Positions 47,633 to 57,923 are shown, counted from the first letter of the stretch. The stretch is DNA of 64,000 bases from Bacillus subtilis subsp. subtilis str. 168 (GCF_000009045.1 NC_000964.3:1364001-1428000), one strand, 5' to 3'. Made by a program: numbers and translations. Notes: generated from the letters alone by a model not told the origin.

Positions 47633-47663
47633 AAAGACTCTGCTTAAAAGCAGAGTCTTTTTG
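47633..47663 (+). terminator. Terminator of ykoY
   Basis: aaagactctgct-taaa-agcagagtcttt. Confidence 0.88.
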
Positions 47664-47736
47664 TGTTTGAAGCGTTTTCATAAGCGAAATAAAATAACAT
47701 TTTTATAACATCTTTGTTACAAAAAACACGCATAAA

Positions 47737-47765
47737 ACCCCCTTAATTCTTTAGAAAGGCACGAA
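47737..47765 (+). promoter_or_regulatory. Sigma-I autoregulatory promoter
   Basis: ACCCCC-N19-CGAA, the established sigma-I consensus. Confidence 0.85.
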
Positions 47766-47891
47766 ATCATGTATAGAACGTCAGAATGGTTTGTCATAAT
47801 TGAGACATTGGAAATCAATATTTCTTTTTCTCCTTTGCGAATCCCTATCAAATTAGCTATCATTAATGAGTAGTTATAGGGAGGAACTGAG

Positions 47892-48647
47892 GTGAAACCA
47901 GTGCTTAGCCTTTTGTTTAAATTGGGAAAAAAGAAGCAAACACTTGAAAAAGCTGTTGAGAGTATACAAAAAGGCAATAAAGATCTGCAAAATGAATTAA
48001 TACAGCAATATAAGCCATTTATCGCAAAGACGGTTTCATCCGTTTGTAAACGATATATAGATGAAAAAGACGATGAGTTCAGTATTGGACTGATCGCGTT
48101 TAATGAAGCTATAGAAAAATATTCACCTGAAAAAGGAAATTCTCTGCTCGCATTTGCTGAGCTTATTATAAAAAGAAAAGTCATTGATTACATTAGAAAA
48201 GAAGCCAGAAGCGCACAAAATATAAATATCGATTTACAGGAAGGAGACGATCAGGAGTCATCACAAAGCCTGATTGAAGCCGAGCTTTCCATTGATGAAT
48301 ACCGCCGTCAGATTGAACAGGAGCAGAGGCGGGAGGAAATCCTCTATTTTCAAAAGCAGCTCAAGGATTATGGTTTATCGTTTAAAGAACTGCTTGAAAA
48401 TTCTCCAAAACACACGGATGCAAGGCAAAACGCCATAAAGGTGGCAATGACGCTTGTTGAACATGAAGAATTGGCCGCTATCCTGTATACAAAGAAGCAG
48501 CTTCCGGTCAAACAGCTTGAACAGCTTGTCTCTGTAAGCCGAAAAACGATTGAGAGAAACAGAAAATATATTATTGCGATGTGTATTATCATTACGGGTG
48601 ATTATATTTATTTAAAAGATTATCTTAAAGGGGTGCTGCACTCATGA
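47892..48647 (+). CDS. sigI: RNA polymerase sigma factor SigI
   Basis: DDEFSIGLIAFNEAIEKY, IKRKVIDYIRKE, PKHTDAR and RKTIERNRKYII. Confidence 0.97.
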   Translation: MKPVLSLLFKLGKKKQTLEKAVESIQKGNKDLQNELIQQYKPFIAKTVSSVCKRYIDEKDDEFSIGLIAFNEAIEKYSPEKGNSLLAFAELIIKRKVIDYIRKEARSAQNINIDLQEGDDQESSQSLIEAELSIDEYRRQIEQEQRREEILYFQKQLKDYGLSFKELLENSPKHTDARQNAIKVAMTLVEHEELAAILYTKKQLPVKQLEQLVSVSRKTIERNRKYIIAMCIIITGDYIYLKDYLKGVLHS

Positions 48648-49789
48648 GAAGAGGGATTATAGTAGAGAAAAATAAAAAATTCGTCACGTTGCTGACCCCT
48701 GACGGACAATTTTTAAAAGCCAAAAATGATCGACACAGCTATGAAATCGGAGAAGAAATCATGCTTCCGAGTGAAACACGCATGGGCAGAAGGGCCAGCT
48801 TTTTTGATTTTTTTAAACTGCGCCCTTTCAAAATGGGGATTTTTACGATGACTGCTATTATGCTCTTTATTTTTATAGTTCTCCCCGTTTTTTCTAATAA
48901 TAAGGCCTATGCGTATATGACAATCGATATCAATCCAAGCGTCGAAATGGCGTTAAACAGCGATTATGAAGTGATTGAACTGACGCCTCTAAACGATGAG
49001 GGACAGAAAGTCGTGAATGATATAGATGATTGGGAGAAGACTGATTTTAAAAAGGTGATTGACGATATTATAACCGACTGCAGTGAACACGGGTATGTAA
49101 AAAAATCGAAAGAAATATTGATTTCCACTGTTTATGAAAACACAGAAGACAATACATATAAAAAGGCTGTGAAAAAACAGCTGAATGATGTGACTGAAAA
49201 ATATAAAACGACATACCGCATGGAATCTCTCGAGTCAGATATGCAAACGAGGGAAAAAGCGAAGAAAGAAGGCGTCTCAACAGGCAGCTACATCAAATCA
49301 AATGAAAAGAATGACAATAAAGATATAAAAGATGACTCCAGCAAACCATCCGGGGAAGAGGATCAAAAGAGTGATGAAAATGAGGATGAAAACACCGATC
49401 AAACTGACACCCAGGACAGCAAGCAAGGAGATAATGAACAGCTGAATGATGCGGATTCCGGAGACCAGAAAGAAGAGAAAGCGGATGACCAGATTGATGA
49501 TAGTGACAAAGATAAAAAAATAAAGGAATCAGATGAAAACACAAATACCGAAAAAGATGGGGACCATGAGCAAACCCCAATACAAGATCCTCAAGATAAA
49601 GGAAATGAAAATAACGGCGCTGACAAGGGCCAAAGCCAATATCACAGGGACTGGAACAATGGTGAACAAGGCAAGAACCGTTCTTCGTCCAGAAGGGATA
49701 ACGCTTCAGACCGACGTAATCCAAACGGCTACAGCAGTGATAATCATTCAGCTAAAAATGAAGATTCGCCGAGTGCCCCCGGCGAATAA
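48644..49789 (+). CDS. rsgI: Anti-sigma-I factor RsgI
   Basis: MRRGIIVE...LTPDGQFLK N-terminus, one TM, the juxtamembrane motif IDINPS, and a long D/E/N/Q/K/S-rich disordered tail; 4-nt overlap with sigI. Confidence 0.96.
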   Translation: MRRGIIVEKNKKFVTLLTPDGQFLKAKNDRHSYEIGEEIMLPSETRMGRRASFFDFFKLRPFKMGIFTMTAIMLFIFIVLPVFSNNKAYAYMTIDINPSVEMALNSDYEVIELTPLNDEGQKVVNDIDDWEKTDFKKVIDDIITDCSEHGYVKKSKEILISTVYENTEDNTYKKAVKKQLNDVTEKYKTTYRMESLESDMQTREKAKKEGVSTGSYIKSNEKNDNKDIKDDSSKPSGEEDQKSDENEDENTDQTDTQDSKQGDNEQLNDADSGDQKEEKADDQIDDSDKDKKIKESDENTNTEKDGDHEQTPIQDPQDKGNENNGADKGQSQYHRDWNNGEQGKNRSSSRRDNASDRRNPNGYSSDNHSAKNEDSPSAPGE

Positions 49790-49799
49790 AGACCTGAAT

Positions 49800-49994
49800 T
49801 TATTTAGTTGTGCCATTTAATTGTGATTGTGCTTGCTGTACCAGCCGCTTTGTCATTTCTCCGCCTACAGAGCCGTTAGCGCGTGCGACTGTATCAGAAC
49901 CAAGGTTCACACCGAATTCTTGAGCCACTTCGAGTTTAAATTGGTCTAGTGCCTGCTCCACCCCTGGAACAACGAGTTTATTTCTGCTCGCCAT
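49800..49994 (-). CDS. sspD: Alpha/beta-type small acid-soluble spore protein D
   Basis: NKLVVPG...[10 protein letters not shown]...[19 protein letters not shown] aaaggag. Confidence 0.97.
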   Translation of the reverse strand: MASRNKLVVPGVEQALDQFKLEVAQEFGVNLGSDTVARANGSVGGEMTKRLVQQAQSQLNGTTK

Positions 49995-50038
49995 CTTTTT
50001 CATCTCCTTTTTCGATAAAGAAATTCTTAACGCGTATT

Positions 50039-50068
50039 TAGTTTGAAATATACGGGGTTTATTTATGC
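50039..50068 (-). promoter_or_regulatory. Sigma-G promoter of sspD
   Basis: GCATA-N18-CAAACTA. Confidence 0.8.
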
Positions 50069-50090
50069 TGGCAATTGTTGTGGAGAAAAA

Positions 50091-50116
50091 TAAAACCCCG
50101 GCCTCTGAGCCGGGGT
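50091..50116 (-). terminator. Terminator of ykrK
   Basis: accccggc-N6-gccggggt with a U-rich tail on the minus strand. Confidence 0.8.
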
Positions 50117-50124
50117 GGCGCAGA

Positions 50125-50826
50125 CTATAGAATGTCTGCTGTCATTTTATGTGCGGTTGCCTGAATATGGAATGTCAAAATGGAGAGGACTGTAATGGCG
50201 ATAATCTGTCTGATTTTAAGCCATTGGCTGTCATTCAGTTCTTCAAAACGGTGACGGAGACGCTCTGTCTCCTGTTCGGCGATCTCCTGCAGATTTGATT
50301 CTTTCATAGAAGGAGTATCTTGGTGATGGATGGCATCAAGCACATATGCGCAGCTTTCATAATAAGCAATCGGGCTGATGACATCATCAGATCTGTCTGA
50401 GATTGTGTTAAAGGCCACTTTTAAAATAGCCCGTATGTGTTCAAAGTCATAAATGGATTTTAAATCACGTACAATTAAAAGAATAACTGCCTGTTCAATT
50501 GAGTATTTTTTGCCCAGCTCAGGGTGTCCGATCAGATCTTTGATATCACGCTTTACCCAGTTTTGAATCGCGGTTGACTTTAACGAAGTCAGCTCGCATA
50601 AGTTGCCAAGCTCTACGATTTCATTTGTAGACAGACCGTATTCTTTTTTCTGTTTTTTTCGTTCGTATCTTGTAAGAAATTCAGGAATTTCTAGATGATT
50701 GGCTGCTTTTTCTGCTGACATGTTCGCTGATTGGACGAGAATGTCGAGCGGGCTATGTTCTCCTTGTCCTTTTAGGGAATAGAGCAGCCGCACCATATCG
50801 GTTCGAGAGAGTTTAAAAATGTTCAT
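50125..50826 (-). CDS. ykrK: DUF1836-type transcriptional regulator (repressor of htpX)
   Basis: [13 protein letters not shown]...KKYSIEQ helix-turn-helix-like segment; divergent from htpX. Confidence 0.85.
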   Translation of the reverse strand: MNIFKLSRTDMVRLLYSLKGQGEHSPLDILVQSANMSAEKAANHLEIPEFLTRYERKKQKKEYGLSTNEIVELGNLCELTSLKSTAIQNWVKRDIKDLIGHPELGKKYSIEQAVILLIVRDLKSIYDFEHIRAILKVAFNTISDRSDDVISPIAYYESCAYVLDAIHHQDTPSMKESNLQEIAEQETERLRHRFEELNDSQWLKIRQIIAITVLSILTFHIQATAHKMTADIL

Positions 50827-50996
50827 TGTTCACCTCTTTAAACAATTTGACGCGGATATAGGTCTATGTATAAGTTCAAAATTCAAGCGTCAGCAAATTA
50901 CATTAACATCATACGTCGAATTCCTTGCATTTTCAAATGGATGTTTTATAATTTAAATATACGGGTTCTTTTGAACTTAAAATAACGGAGGTTGTT

Positions 50997-51893
50997 ATGG
51001 CGAAAAGAATTTTTCTGTTTATTCTAACGAATATTTTGGTGCTTACAACAATCGGGATCGTTTTGTCTGTTTTAAGCTCTGTTACAGGAGTCGGGACGTA
51101 CTTTACAGCTGATGGCGGTATCGATCCAATGGCGCTTCTTGTGTTCAGTTTAGTCGTTGGATTTGTCGGTTCCTTTACGTCTCTTGCGATATCCAGATGG
51201 ATGGCAAAGACGATGATGGGCGTCAGAGTGCTGAATCCGAAAAAACACTCGCTCAGCTATGAGGAACAGCAATTGGTTGATCGTGTTCACAGATTAAGCC
51301 GCTCTGCCGGTTTAACGAAAATGCCGGAAGTCGGGATTTACCGTTCACCTGAAGTAAACGCGTTTGCGACTGGACCGTCAAAACGCCGTTCACTTGTCGC
51401 AGTATCGTCAGGGCTGCTGGAGCAGATGGATGACGCAGCAGTTGAAGGTGTGCTTGCCCACGAGGTCGCGCATATCACAAATGGTGATATGGTAACAATG
51501 ACGCTTTTACAAGGTATCGTTAATACCTTTGTCGTCTTTTTATCGCGTATCGCCGCTTGGATAGCAAGCCGTTTTGTCAAAGAAGATCTAGCGCCGATCG
51601 TTCATTTTATTGCAATGATTATTTTTCAGATTGTCTTTTCGATACTTGGCAGCCTGGTTGTGTTTGCGTATTCACGCCATCGTGAATTCCATGCTGACAG
51701 GGGAGGAGCGGATCTTGCCGGCAAGGACAAGATGATTCATGCGCTGCGGACGCTTAAAAGCTATTCTTCCCGGATTTTGGAAGACGATCAGACAGCTGTC
51801 CAAACGTTAAAGATTAATGGCAAGAAGCGCTCTTCACTTTTCTCTACTCATCCTGATTTAGATGAGCGAATCAGACGGCTGGAAGCTAAATAA
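50997..51893 (+). CDS. htpX: Membrane zinc metalloprotease HtpX (M48)
   Basis: NAFATG, HEVAH (HExxH), NGDMVT, REFHAD and FSTHP. Confidence 0.97.
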   Translation: MAKRIFLFILTNILVLTTIGIVLSVLSSVTGVGTYFTADGGIDPMALLVFSLVVGFVGSFTSLAISRWMAKTMMGVRVLNPKKHSLSYEEQQLVDRVHRLSRSAGLTKMPEVGIYRSPEVNAFATGPSKRRSLVAVSSGLLEQMDDAAVEGVLAHEVAHITNGDMVTMTLLQGIVNTFVVFLSRIAAWIASRFVKEDLAPIVHFIAMIIFQIVFSILGSLVVFAYSRHREFHADRGGADLAGKDKMIHALRTLKSYSSRILEDDQTAVQTLKINGKKRSSLFSTHPDLDERIRRLEAK

Positions 51894-51908
51894 TACAAAC
51901 ACATTGTT

Positions 51909-51936
51909 CCTCTGAGAGAATTCTCAGAGGTTTTTT
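51909..51936 (+). terminator. Terminator of htpX
   Basis: cctctgaga-gaat-tctcagagg followed by T6. Confidence 0.88.
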
Positions 51937-52066
51937 ATTTTATCCATTGACTAAAATCATAAAAAAATAAGCAAGTTAAGAAAATGTTTCGTAAAAGCCT
52001 TTAAAAATGGACCTAATATCTTTAGAATAATTACCGTACTTAAAAAGAGAGGCAGAAGGATTTTAC

Positions 52067-53416
52067 ATGAGATTAAAGTTTGGAAAATTGATACAGGCCT
52101 TGTCACCGGCCCAGCTGATCGCATTATATTATTTTCTTGCAGTTACTGTGGCCGTTATATTGCTGAGTTTGCCGGCGGCCCATAAACCGGGGGCGGATTG
52201 GACGTTTATTGATGCGCTTTTTACAGCTGTCAGTTCAGTCAGTGTAACGGGGCTGACAGTTGTTGATACAGCTGATACATTCAGCACAATAGGGATTTTT
52301 ATATTAGCATTTGTTCTGCAATTTGGCGGAATCGGAATTATGACGCTCGGAACGTTCATTTGGCTGATCATGGGAAAACGAATCGGGCTGAAAGAACGGA
52401 AGCTGATTATGGTTGATCAAAACCAATCCCAGTTTTCAGGAATTGTCAATCTGATGAAGCAGGTACTGTTTCTGATCTTGTGGATTGAATTTTTTGGCGG
52501 GCTGATACTCGGCACATATTTCTTAACCTACTATGACTCCTATCAGGAAGCCTATTTACACGGATTTTTTGCCAGTATCAGTGCAACGACAAACGGCGGA
52601 TTTGATATTACCGGTAATTCGATGATTCCATTTCGCCACGATTACTTTGTGCAGTTTATTACAATGCTTTTAATTATATTTGGAGCGATTGGATTTCCCG
52701 TGCTTGTTGAAGTAAAGGATTTCCTGTTTTCAAAGCATCGGCGTTATCCATTTACGCTTTTTACAAAGATCACGACGATTACGTTCGGCTCACTTGTCTT
52801 GTTTGGAGCCATTGGCATCTTTGCCCTGGAAGCAAACCATGCGTTCGCAGGAAAATCATGGCATGATATTTTGTTTTTGTCCCTGTTTCAATCAACGGCA
52901 ACCCGAAGCGGGGGGCTGGCAACAATCGATATCAGCCAATTATCAGATTCCACACTCTTTTTTATTTGTGCGCTGATGTTTATTGGAGCGTCGCCAAGCT
53001 CAGTCGGGGGAGGCATAAGGACAACGACTTTTGCTTTGAACCTTCTTGCGCTGTTTCATTTTGCCCGCGGCAATAAGGCCGTAAAGGTATTCAAACGGGA
53101 GCTTCACCCTGCTGACTTGATGAAGTCGCTTGTTGTCACGATGATGGCGATCCTGCTCGTTTTTGGCGCGACACTCATTCTGACCATTACAGAAAAACAT
53201 TCCCTGCTGGAGCTTTTGTTTGAAGTGTGCTCGGCATTCGGTACAACCGGCCTATCGCTTGGAATTACGGCAGATTTGAGCAGTGTTGGAAAATGCGTCA
53301 TTATGATTGTCATGTTTATCGGGCGAATCGGCATCTTGACCTTCCTGTATCTGATCGGAAGAAAGGAAATTGAAGCGAATTATCACTATCCGAAGGAAAG
53401 AGTGATTATCGGATAG
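52067..53416 (+). CDS. ktrD: Ktr K+ transporter membrane subunit
   Basis: Four pore-loop repeats (SVTGL, TNGGF, RSGGL, GTTGLS) and MFIGRIG. Confidence 0.95.
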   Translation: MRLKFGKLIQALSPAQLIALYYFLAVTVAVILLSLPAAHKPGADWTFIDALFTAVSSVSVTGLTVVDTADTFSTIGIFILAFVLQFGGIGIMTLGTFIWLIMGKRIGLKERKLIMVDQNQSQFSGIVNLMKQVLFLILWIEFFGGLILGTYFLTYYDSYQEAYLHGFFASISATTNGGFDITGNSMIPFRHDYFVQFITMLLIIFGAIGFPVLVEVKDFLFSKHRRYPFTLFTKITTITFGSLVLFGAIGIFALEANHAFAGKSWHDILFLSLFQSTATRSGGLATIDISQLSDSTLFFICALMFIGASPSSVGGGIRTTTFALNLLALFHFARGNKAVKVFKRELHPADLMKSLVVTMMAILLVFGATLILTITEKHSLLELLFEVCSAFGTTGLSLGITADLSSVGKCVIMIVMFIGRIGILTFLYLIGRKEIEANYHYPKERVIIG

Positions 53417-53418
53417 GC

Positions 53419-53448
53419 AAAACACCGCATATTTTGCGGTGTTTTTTG
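53419..53448 (+). terminator. Terminator of ktrD
   Basis: aaaacaccgca-tattt-tgcggtgtttt. Confidence 0.88.
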
Positions 53449-53560
53449 ATTACCAAAAAAAAGATGTGTGCCTCCTGTTCAGTTGGAGAACCTAACTCCG
53501 ACAGGTGCAATTTACGCTCCTGCATCTTAAAATGTCTGAAAATTGGCGAGGAGGATTCGT

Positions 53561-53716
53561 ATGAAGCGTAAAGCTGAAGTGAATGAAGCCATTAAAAATA
53601 ACAATACACCTACCGAGAGCATGGACCCCAATTCATATAAGACACAATATCATGACGACCCCAATTTTAGAGGGGCAAACCGCAATTCCAAACAGGGCCA
53701 GCAGGGAGGCATGTAA
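53561..53716 (+). CDS. ykzP: Small hydrophilic protein (51 aa)
   Basis: RBS gaggagg; translates MKRKAEVNEAIKNNNTPTESMDPNSYKTQYHDDPNFRGANRNSKQGQQGGM*. Confidence 0.7.
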   Translation: MKRKAEVNEAIKNNNTPTESMDPNSYKTQYHDDPNFRGANRNSKQGQQGGM

Positions 53717-53718
53717 TT

Positions 53719-53895
53719 GTGAAGAAAAACCGTCATAGCAGAGACATGCAAAATCATAAAAAGCCTATGAATAAAAAGGTGCTGGAGGAAGAATTCTCAA
53801 GTGAACTCGGGGATTACAATGCCGGAAAGATCATCGAAACGCTGGAAGTCACCAAGCCTGAAAAGAAAAAAGAAAAAAACAAAAAACAACAATAA
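53719..53895 (+). CDS. ykzE: Small Lys-rich protein (58 aa)
   Basis: GTG start 2 nt after the ykzP stop with SD gggagg; translates MKKNRHSRDMQNHKKPMNKKVLEEEFSSELGDYNAGKIIETLEV...KKQQ*. Confidence 0.7.
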   Translation: MKKNRHSRDMQNHKKPMNKKVLEEEFSSELGDYNAGKIIETLEVTKPEKKKEKNKKQQ

Positions 53896-53938
53896 AAAAG
53901 ACCTCTTAGGCGGCGTCCCGCTTAAGAGGTGCTTTTTC
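53894..53938. terminator. Bidirectional terminator between ykzE and ykrP
   Basis: acctcttaggcgg-cgtc-ccgcttaagaggt with A and T flanks. Confidence 0.8.
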
Positions 53939-54960
53939 TATTTTAAATAAGCATTTTTGCCCGTTCCTCTGACAAATTGCAATAAGCTTGTCATCCTCAG
54001 CTCAATGAATGGCTGAGCGACTGTCTTAACAAAGTTGCTGGAGAGGACTGATGTCAGGGCTGCTGTTAAAAGCAAGAGGATCACTAAGCTTTGATAGTCA
54101 GTAAGCCAATCCTCAAGCCCGACCTGCCGTAATGTCTTAATAATAAACCCGTGAAGCAGATACACGTAAAATGTCCGGGTTCCCCATTTGGTAAAGAAAT
54201 ACCGTTTTTGCGGAACGAGCGCTAAAAAGCTGAAGGTTGCCCCAAAGGCGAGTACATACCAGCCGATTCGGGATAGTCCGCTTACCAGGGTAACGTCTCC
54301 AAATGAAGAATACGGTTTTGAACCAAACAGAAAAGAATAGTCAAAATCGATGCCCCAGCAGATGACGAATACTGCGGCAAGCACTCCGAGCGCAATTTGT
54401 TTGCCGCGTTTTGATCTCAATAAATCAAAATGATGTTTATTTAAATAAAAACCGACAAGGAACATCGGTAAGAATACGAATGTCCGTGACAAGCTCAGCG
54501 TGCTGCTGACAAAGTCCAGATAACCGATCAGCACGGCGATTCCGCAGCTGACAAACAGCGCCCACTGCTTTGAAAGCTTTGAAAAAGGATATAGGAGCAG
54601 GTTCCAAAAGAATAAGCTTACAAGAAACCATAACGACCATTGCGGATCAATCGGGTTCACATTTGCCATGCTTTCATCTTGCATAATGTAATAAAAGACG
54701 GAATAAATAATTTGGAAAATCAAATACGGAATAATCAGCTTGACCGCCAGCTTTTTTACATATCCCGCCCGTTTAAAGCCTTTCGCGAAATAACCGGATA
54801 CAAGAATAAATGCAGGCATATGGAATGTGTAAATGAACTTGTAGAGGTAGAGCATAAAATGATTATCATTAATAAAGGAACGAAGGATATGACCGAATAC
54901 AACAAGGAATATCAATAAAAATTTTGCGTTATCGAAATAACTGTCCCGCGATTTACTCAT
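53938..54960 (-). CDS. ykrP: Membrane acyltransferase, acyltransferase-3 (OafA/YrhL-like) family
   Basis: [40 protein letters not shown] and YVYLLH. Confidence 0.88.
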
Positions 54961-55212
54961 AGCATCACCTTCTCTTTCATCAGTCACTAAGAGATTATTC
55001 CCTGCTGGTACATATTTTAAAATAAAAGATGAAAAAGGAATCTAAAAAAATGCTGATTGTTAGGTCGATGTAAAGTGACGGTAAGGATCGTAGAAAATGT
55101 CTTCGTAATGTAATGACGCTGAAATTTTCTGAAATTTATAGGGCAAATGAAGGAAGTTCCCGCATTTTGTAGAAATATTGAGGGATAGGTTTTGAAGAAG
55201 GAGTGTACATGC

Positions 55213-57429
55213 ATGGAAACTCTTGGTGTCCAGACAAACTCGGAGCTGCGAGAGGAACTGAATCGCCTCAAAGAAGAAAACGCGCGACTGAAAAAGGAAT
55301 TGAATCAGCATCAAGTGATTGTCAACAATACGCTCGATGCTATTTTTATTTGTGATAACGAAATGCGGATTGTTCAGGCAAATGAAGCAACAGAAAGGAT
55401 GCTTCAAGTTGACTCGGAAGATTTGAAAAAGCGTTCTGTTTTGGATTTTTTGTTTTCAATCCCAAAGGATGAACTGAATCTTTCCGTAAAGAAGTTTTTT
55501 AAAAAAGGCTTTCTGTGGAAGGAGGTTCCGATCAGGCTTGATTGCGGGGCAACAAAATACATAGAGTTTCTGGCCAAAAGAGGTATTGGTGAGGATTTCT
55601 TTTTTGTTGTCATGAGGGACATATCTTCTAAGAAGATTCTGGAGCGGGAATTCTCTATGAATGAACAGCTTTTTAAGGACTTGTTTGACAGAGCAGTTGA
55701 CGGAATCGTCCTGTTTGATAAAGATGGCGGTTTTATTGATGCAAATTTGTCCTTTTGTAAAAGCTTTGAAATCAATCATAATGAGCTGTCTCATTTATCT
55801 TTGTATGAGTTCATAGACAGCGGCTCACGAAAAGATTTCGACAATATCTGGAAGGCGCTCAACCGCAAGGGAAAAGCGAAGGGGGAGCTGCCTGTCAAGC
55901 TTCGTTCAGGAGTTCAAAAACTATTTGAATTCACGATTACATCAAACATCATCAGCGGTTTTTATATGTCCATTATGAGGGATATCACAGAGAAGCGGTC
56001 TATGGAGCTGCAGCTCTTTAAAAGTGAGGAGCGCTTCAGAGAAATCTTTGAAAATGCAATGGACGCCATCATCATCTGGTCGAATGACGGAAGAATCGTA
56101 AAAGCGAATCAATCAGCCTGTAAAATTTTTGAGCTGCCGATGAATTTGCTGTTGAAAAGAAAGCTGTGTGATTTTCTCGTTGACTCGCAGCAGAAATACA
56201 GCATAACGAAGAGGAAATACGCAAAATACGGAGAGATCAGAGAAGAGCTGCTGTTTCAAATGGGGAACGGCCAATTCAAAGAGCTTGAATTTACTTCAAA
56301 ACGGACAATCCTTGAAAATCAGCATTTGACGATCTTAAGAAATGTAAGCGACAGAAAGCGGATGGAAAAGGAGCTTCGGGAAAGCGAGCTGAAATTCAGA
56401 AAAGTGTTCAACGGATCAATGGACGGCAATGTATTGTTCGACAATCAATACAGGATCATCGACGCCAACCCGTTAGCAAGCCATATTTTGGGCCTGTCAC
56501 ATGAAGAGATCAAACAGCACAGCCTGTTAGATATTATTTCTGCTTATGAAATAGAAAATTTGGCATCACCGGCAAGGCAGATTAATTTTGATGAAATGGA
56601 CAACGAAATTCCATTTTTGCTGAGCAGCGGTGATAACAGAAAACTCGAATTCTCATTTAAACGGAATATTATTCAAAATATGAACTTGGCTATCTTTAAA
56701 GACGTAACAGAGCGAAAAGAATTGGAGGAGCGCCTGCGCAAATCAGATACCCTTCATGTTGTCGGCGAACTCGCAGCCGGTATTGCTCATGAAATCAGAA
56801 ATCCGATGACTGCTCTTAAAGGCTTCATTCAGCTTCTGAAAGGGAGTGTCGAGGGAGACTACGCCCTTTACTTCAACGTGATCACCTCAGAACTAAAGCG
56901 CATCGAATCCATCATCACCGAATTCTTGATTTTAGCCAAGCCCCAGGCCATTATGTATGAGGAAAAACATGTTACCCAAATTATGAGGGACACGATAGAC
57001 CTTCTAAATGCGCAAGCCAATCTCAGCAATGTACAAATGCAACTTGATTTAATTGACGACATTCCCCCGATTTACTGTGAACCGAATCAGCTGAAACAGG
57101 TTTTTATCAATATATTAAAAAACGCCATCGAAGTGATGCCTGACGGCGGAAATATTTTTGTAACGATAAAGGCATTGGATCAAGATCATGTTCTAATCTC
57201 CTTAAAAGACGAGGGAATCGGAATGACAGAAGATAAATTAAAGCGACTTGGTGAACCGTTTTATACGACAAAGGAACGGGGAACTGGACTTGGGCTTATG
57301 GTAAGCTATAAAATTATTGAAGAACATCAAGGCGAGATTATGGTAGAAAGTGAAGAAGGGAAGGGCACCGTTTTCCATATTACGCTTCCTGTCAGACAGA
57401 ATGCTGAAGAAAGAAGGAATGATGAATGA
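55213..57429 (+). CDS. kinE: Cytoplasmic sporulation sensor kinase with four PAS domains
   Basis: Four F(D/E/N)...D(A/G)I repeats, H-box AHEIRNP, NILKNAIE and GTGLGL. Confidence 0.96.
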   Translation: METLGVQTNSELREELNRLKEENARLKKELNQHQVIVNNTLDAIFICDNEMRIVQANEATERMLQVDSEDLKKRSVLDFLFSIPKDELNLSVKKFFKKGFLWKEVPIRLDCGATKYIEFLAKRGIGEDFFFVVMRDISSKKILEREFSMNEQLFKDLFDRAVDGIVLFDKDGGFIDANLSFCKSFEINHNELSHLSLYEFIDSGSRKDFDNIWKALNRKGKAKGELPVKLRSGVQKLFEFTITSNIISGFYMSIMRDITEKRSMELQLFKSEERFREIFENAMDAIIIWSNDGRIVKANQSACKIFELPMNLLLKRKLCDFLVDSQQKYSITKRKYAKYGEIREELLFQMGNGQFKELEFTSKRTILENQHLTILRNVSDRKRMEKELRESELKFRKVFNGSMDGNVLFDNQYRIIDANPLASHILGLSHEEIKQHSLLDIISAYEIENLASPARQINFDEMDNEIPFLLSSGDNRKLEFSFKRNIIQNMNLAIFKDVTERKELEERLRKSDTLHVVGELAAGIAHEIRNPMTALKGFIQLLKGSVEGDYALYFNVITSELKRIESIITEFLILAKPQAIMYEEKHVTQIMRDTIDLLNAQANLSNVQMQLDLIDDIPPIYCEPNQLKQVFINILKNAIEVMPDGGNIFVTIKALDQDHVLISLKDEGIGMTEDKLKRLGEPFYTTKERGTGLGLMVSYKIIEEHQGEIMVESEEGKGTVFHITLPVRQNAEERRNDE

Positions 57430-57923
57430 ACTACTATACGACAGCCGAAACGCCGCTCGGTGAACTTATCATTGCCGAAGAGGAGGACCGGATCACTCGT
57501 CTATTTCTCAGTCAGGAAGATTGGGTGGATTGGAAAGAAACGGTTCAGAATACTGAGCATAAGGAAACACCTAATCTTGCAGAAGCGAAACAACAGCTTC
57601 AAGAATATTTCGCAGGCGAAAGGAAGACATTCTCCCTGCCGCTCAGCCAAAAGGGCACTCCTTTTCAGCAAAAAGTGTGGCAAGCGCTGGAGAGGATTCC
57701 ATATGGCGAATCCCGAAGCTATGCGGATATTGCCGCTGCTGTCGGCAGTCCGAAAGCGGTGCGCGCTGTCGGGCAGGCTAATAAACGTAACGACCTGCCG
57801 ATTTTTGTCCCGTGCCACAGAGTGATCGGCAAAAACAGTGCGTTAACAGGATACGCCGGAAGCAAAACGGAGATCAAAGCATTTTTGCTAAACATCGAGC
57901 GAATCTCCTATAAAGAAAAATAA
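57426..57923 (+). CDS. ogt: O6-methylguanine-DNA methyltransferase
   Basis: GTPFQQKVW, IPYGESRSY, RAVGQA and active-site PCHRV. Confidence 0.97.
   Translation: MNYYTTAETPLGELIIAEEEDRITRLFLSQEDWVDWKETVQNTEHKETPNLAEAKQQLQEYFAGERKTFSLPLSQKGTPFQQKVWQALERIPYGESRSYADIAAAVGSPKAVRAVGQANKRNDLPIFVPCHRVIGKNSALTGYAGSKTEIKAFLLNIERISYKEK

Noticed and set aside
47073-48184. 202-aa and 155-aa antisense ORFs over ykoY and sigI
   Set aside because: Shadow ORFs of conserved genes; no RBS and no family motifs.
49290-49789. Low-complexity D/E/N/Q/K/S repeats in rsgI
   Set aside because: This is the known intrinsically disordered extracellular tail of RsgI, not a DNA repeat element.
51894-52066. Possible c-di-AMP (ydaO) riboswitch upstream of the K+ transporter gene ktrD
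   Set aside because: The gap is AT-rich, and apart from the htpX terminator it shows none of the ydaO conserved motifs or stems.
53474-53505. Hairpin cctgt..tggag/ctccg..acagg upstream of ykzP
   Set aside because: Bulged and weak, with no U tail and no recognisable motif; insufficient to call an RNA element.
55213-56740. Four internal repeats in kinE
   Set aside because: These are the known tandem PAS domains, similar only at the protein level.
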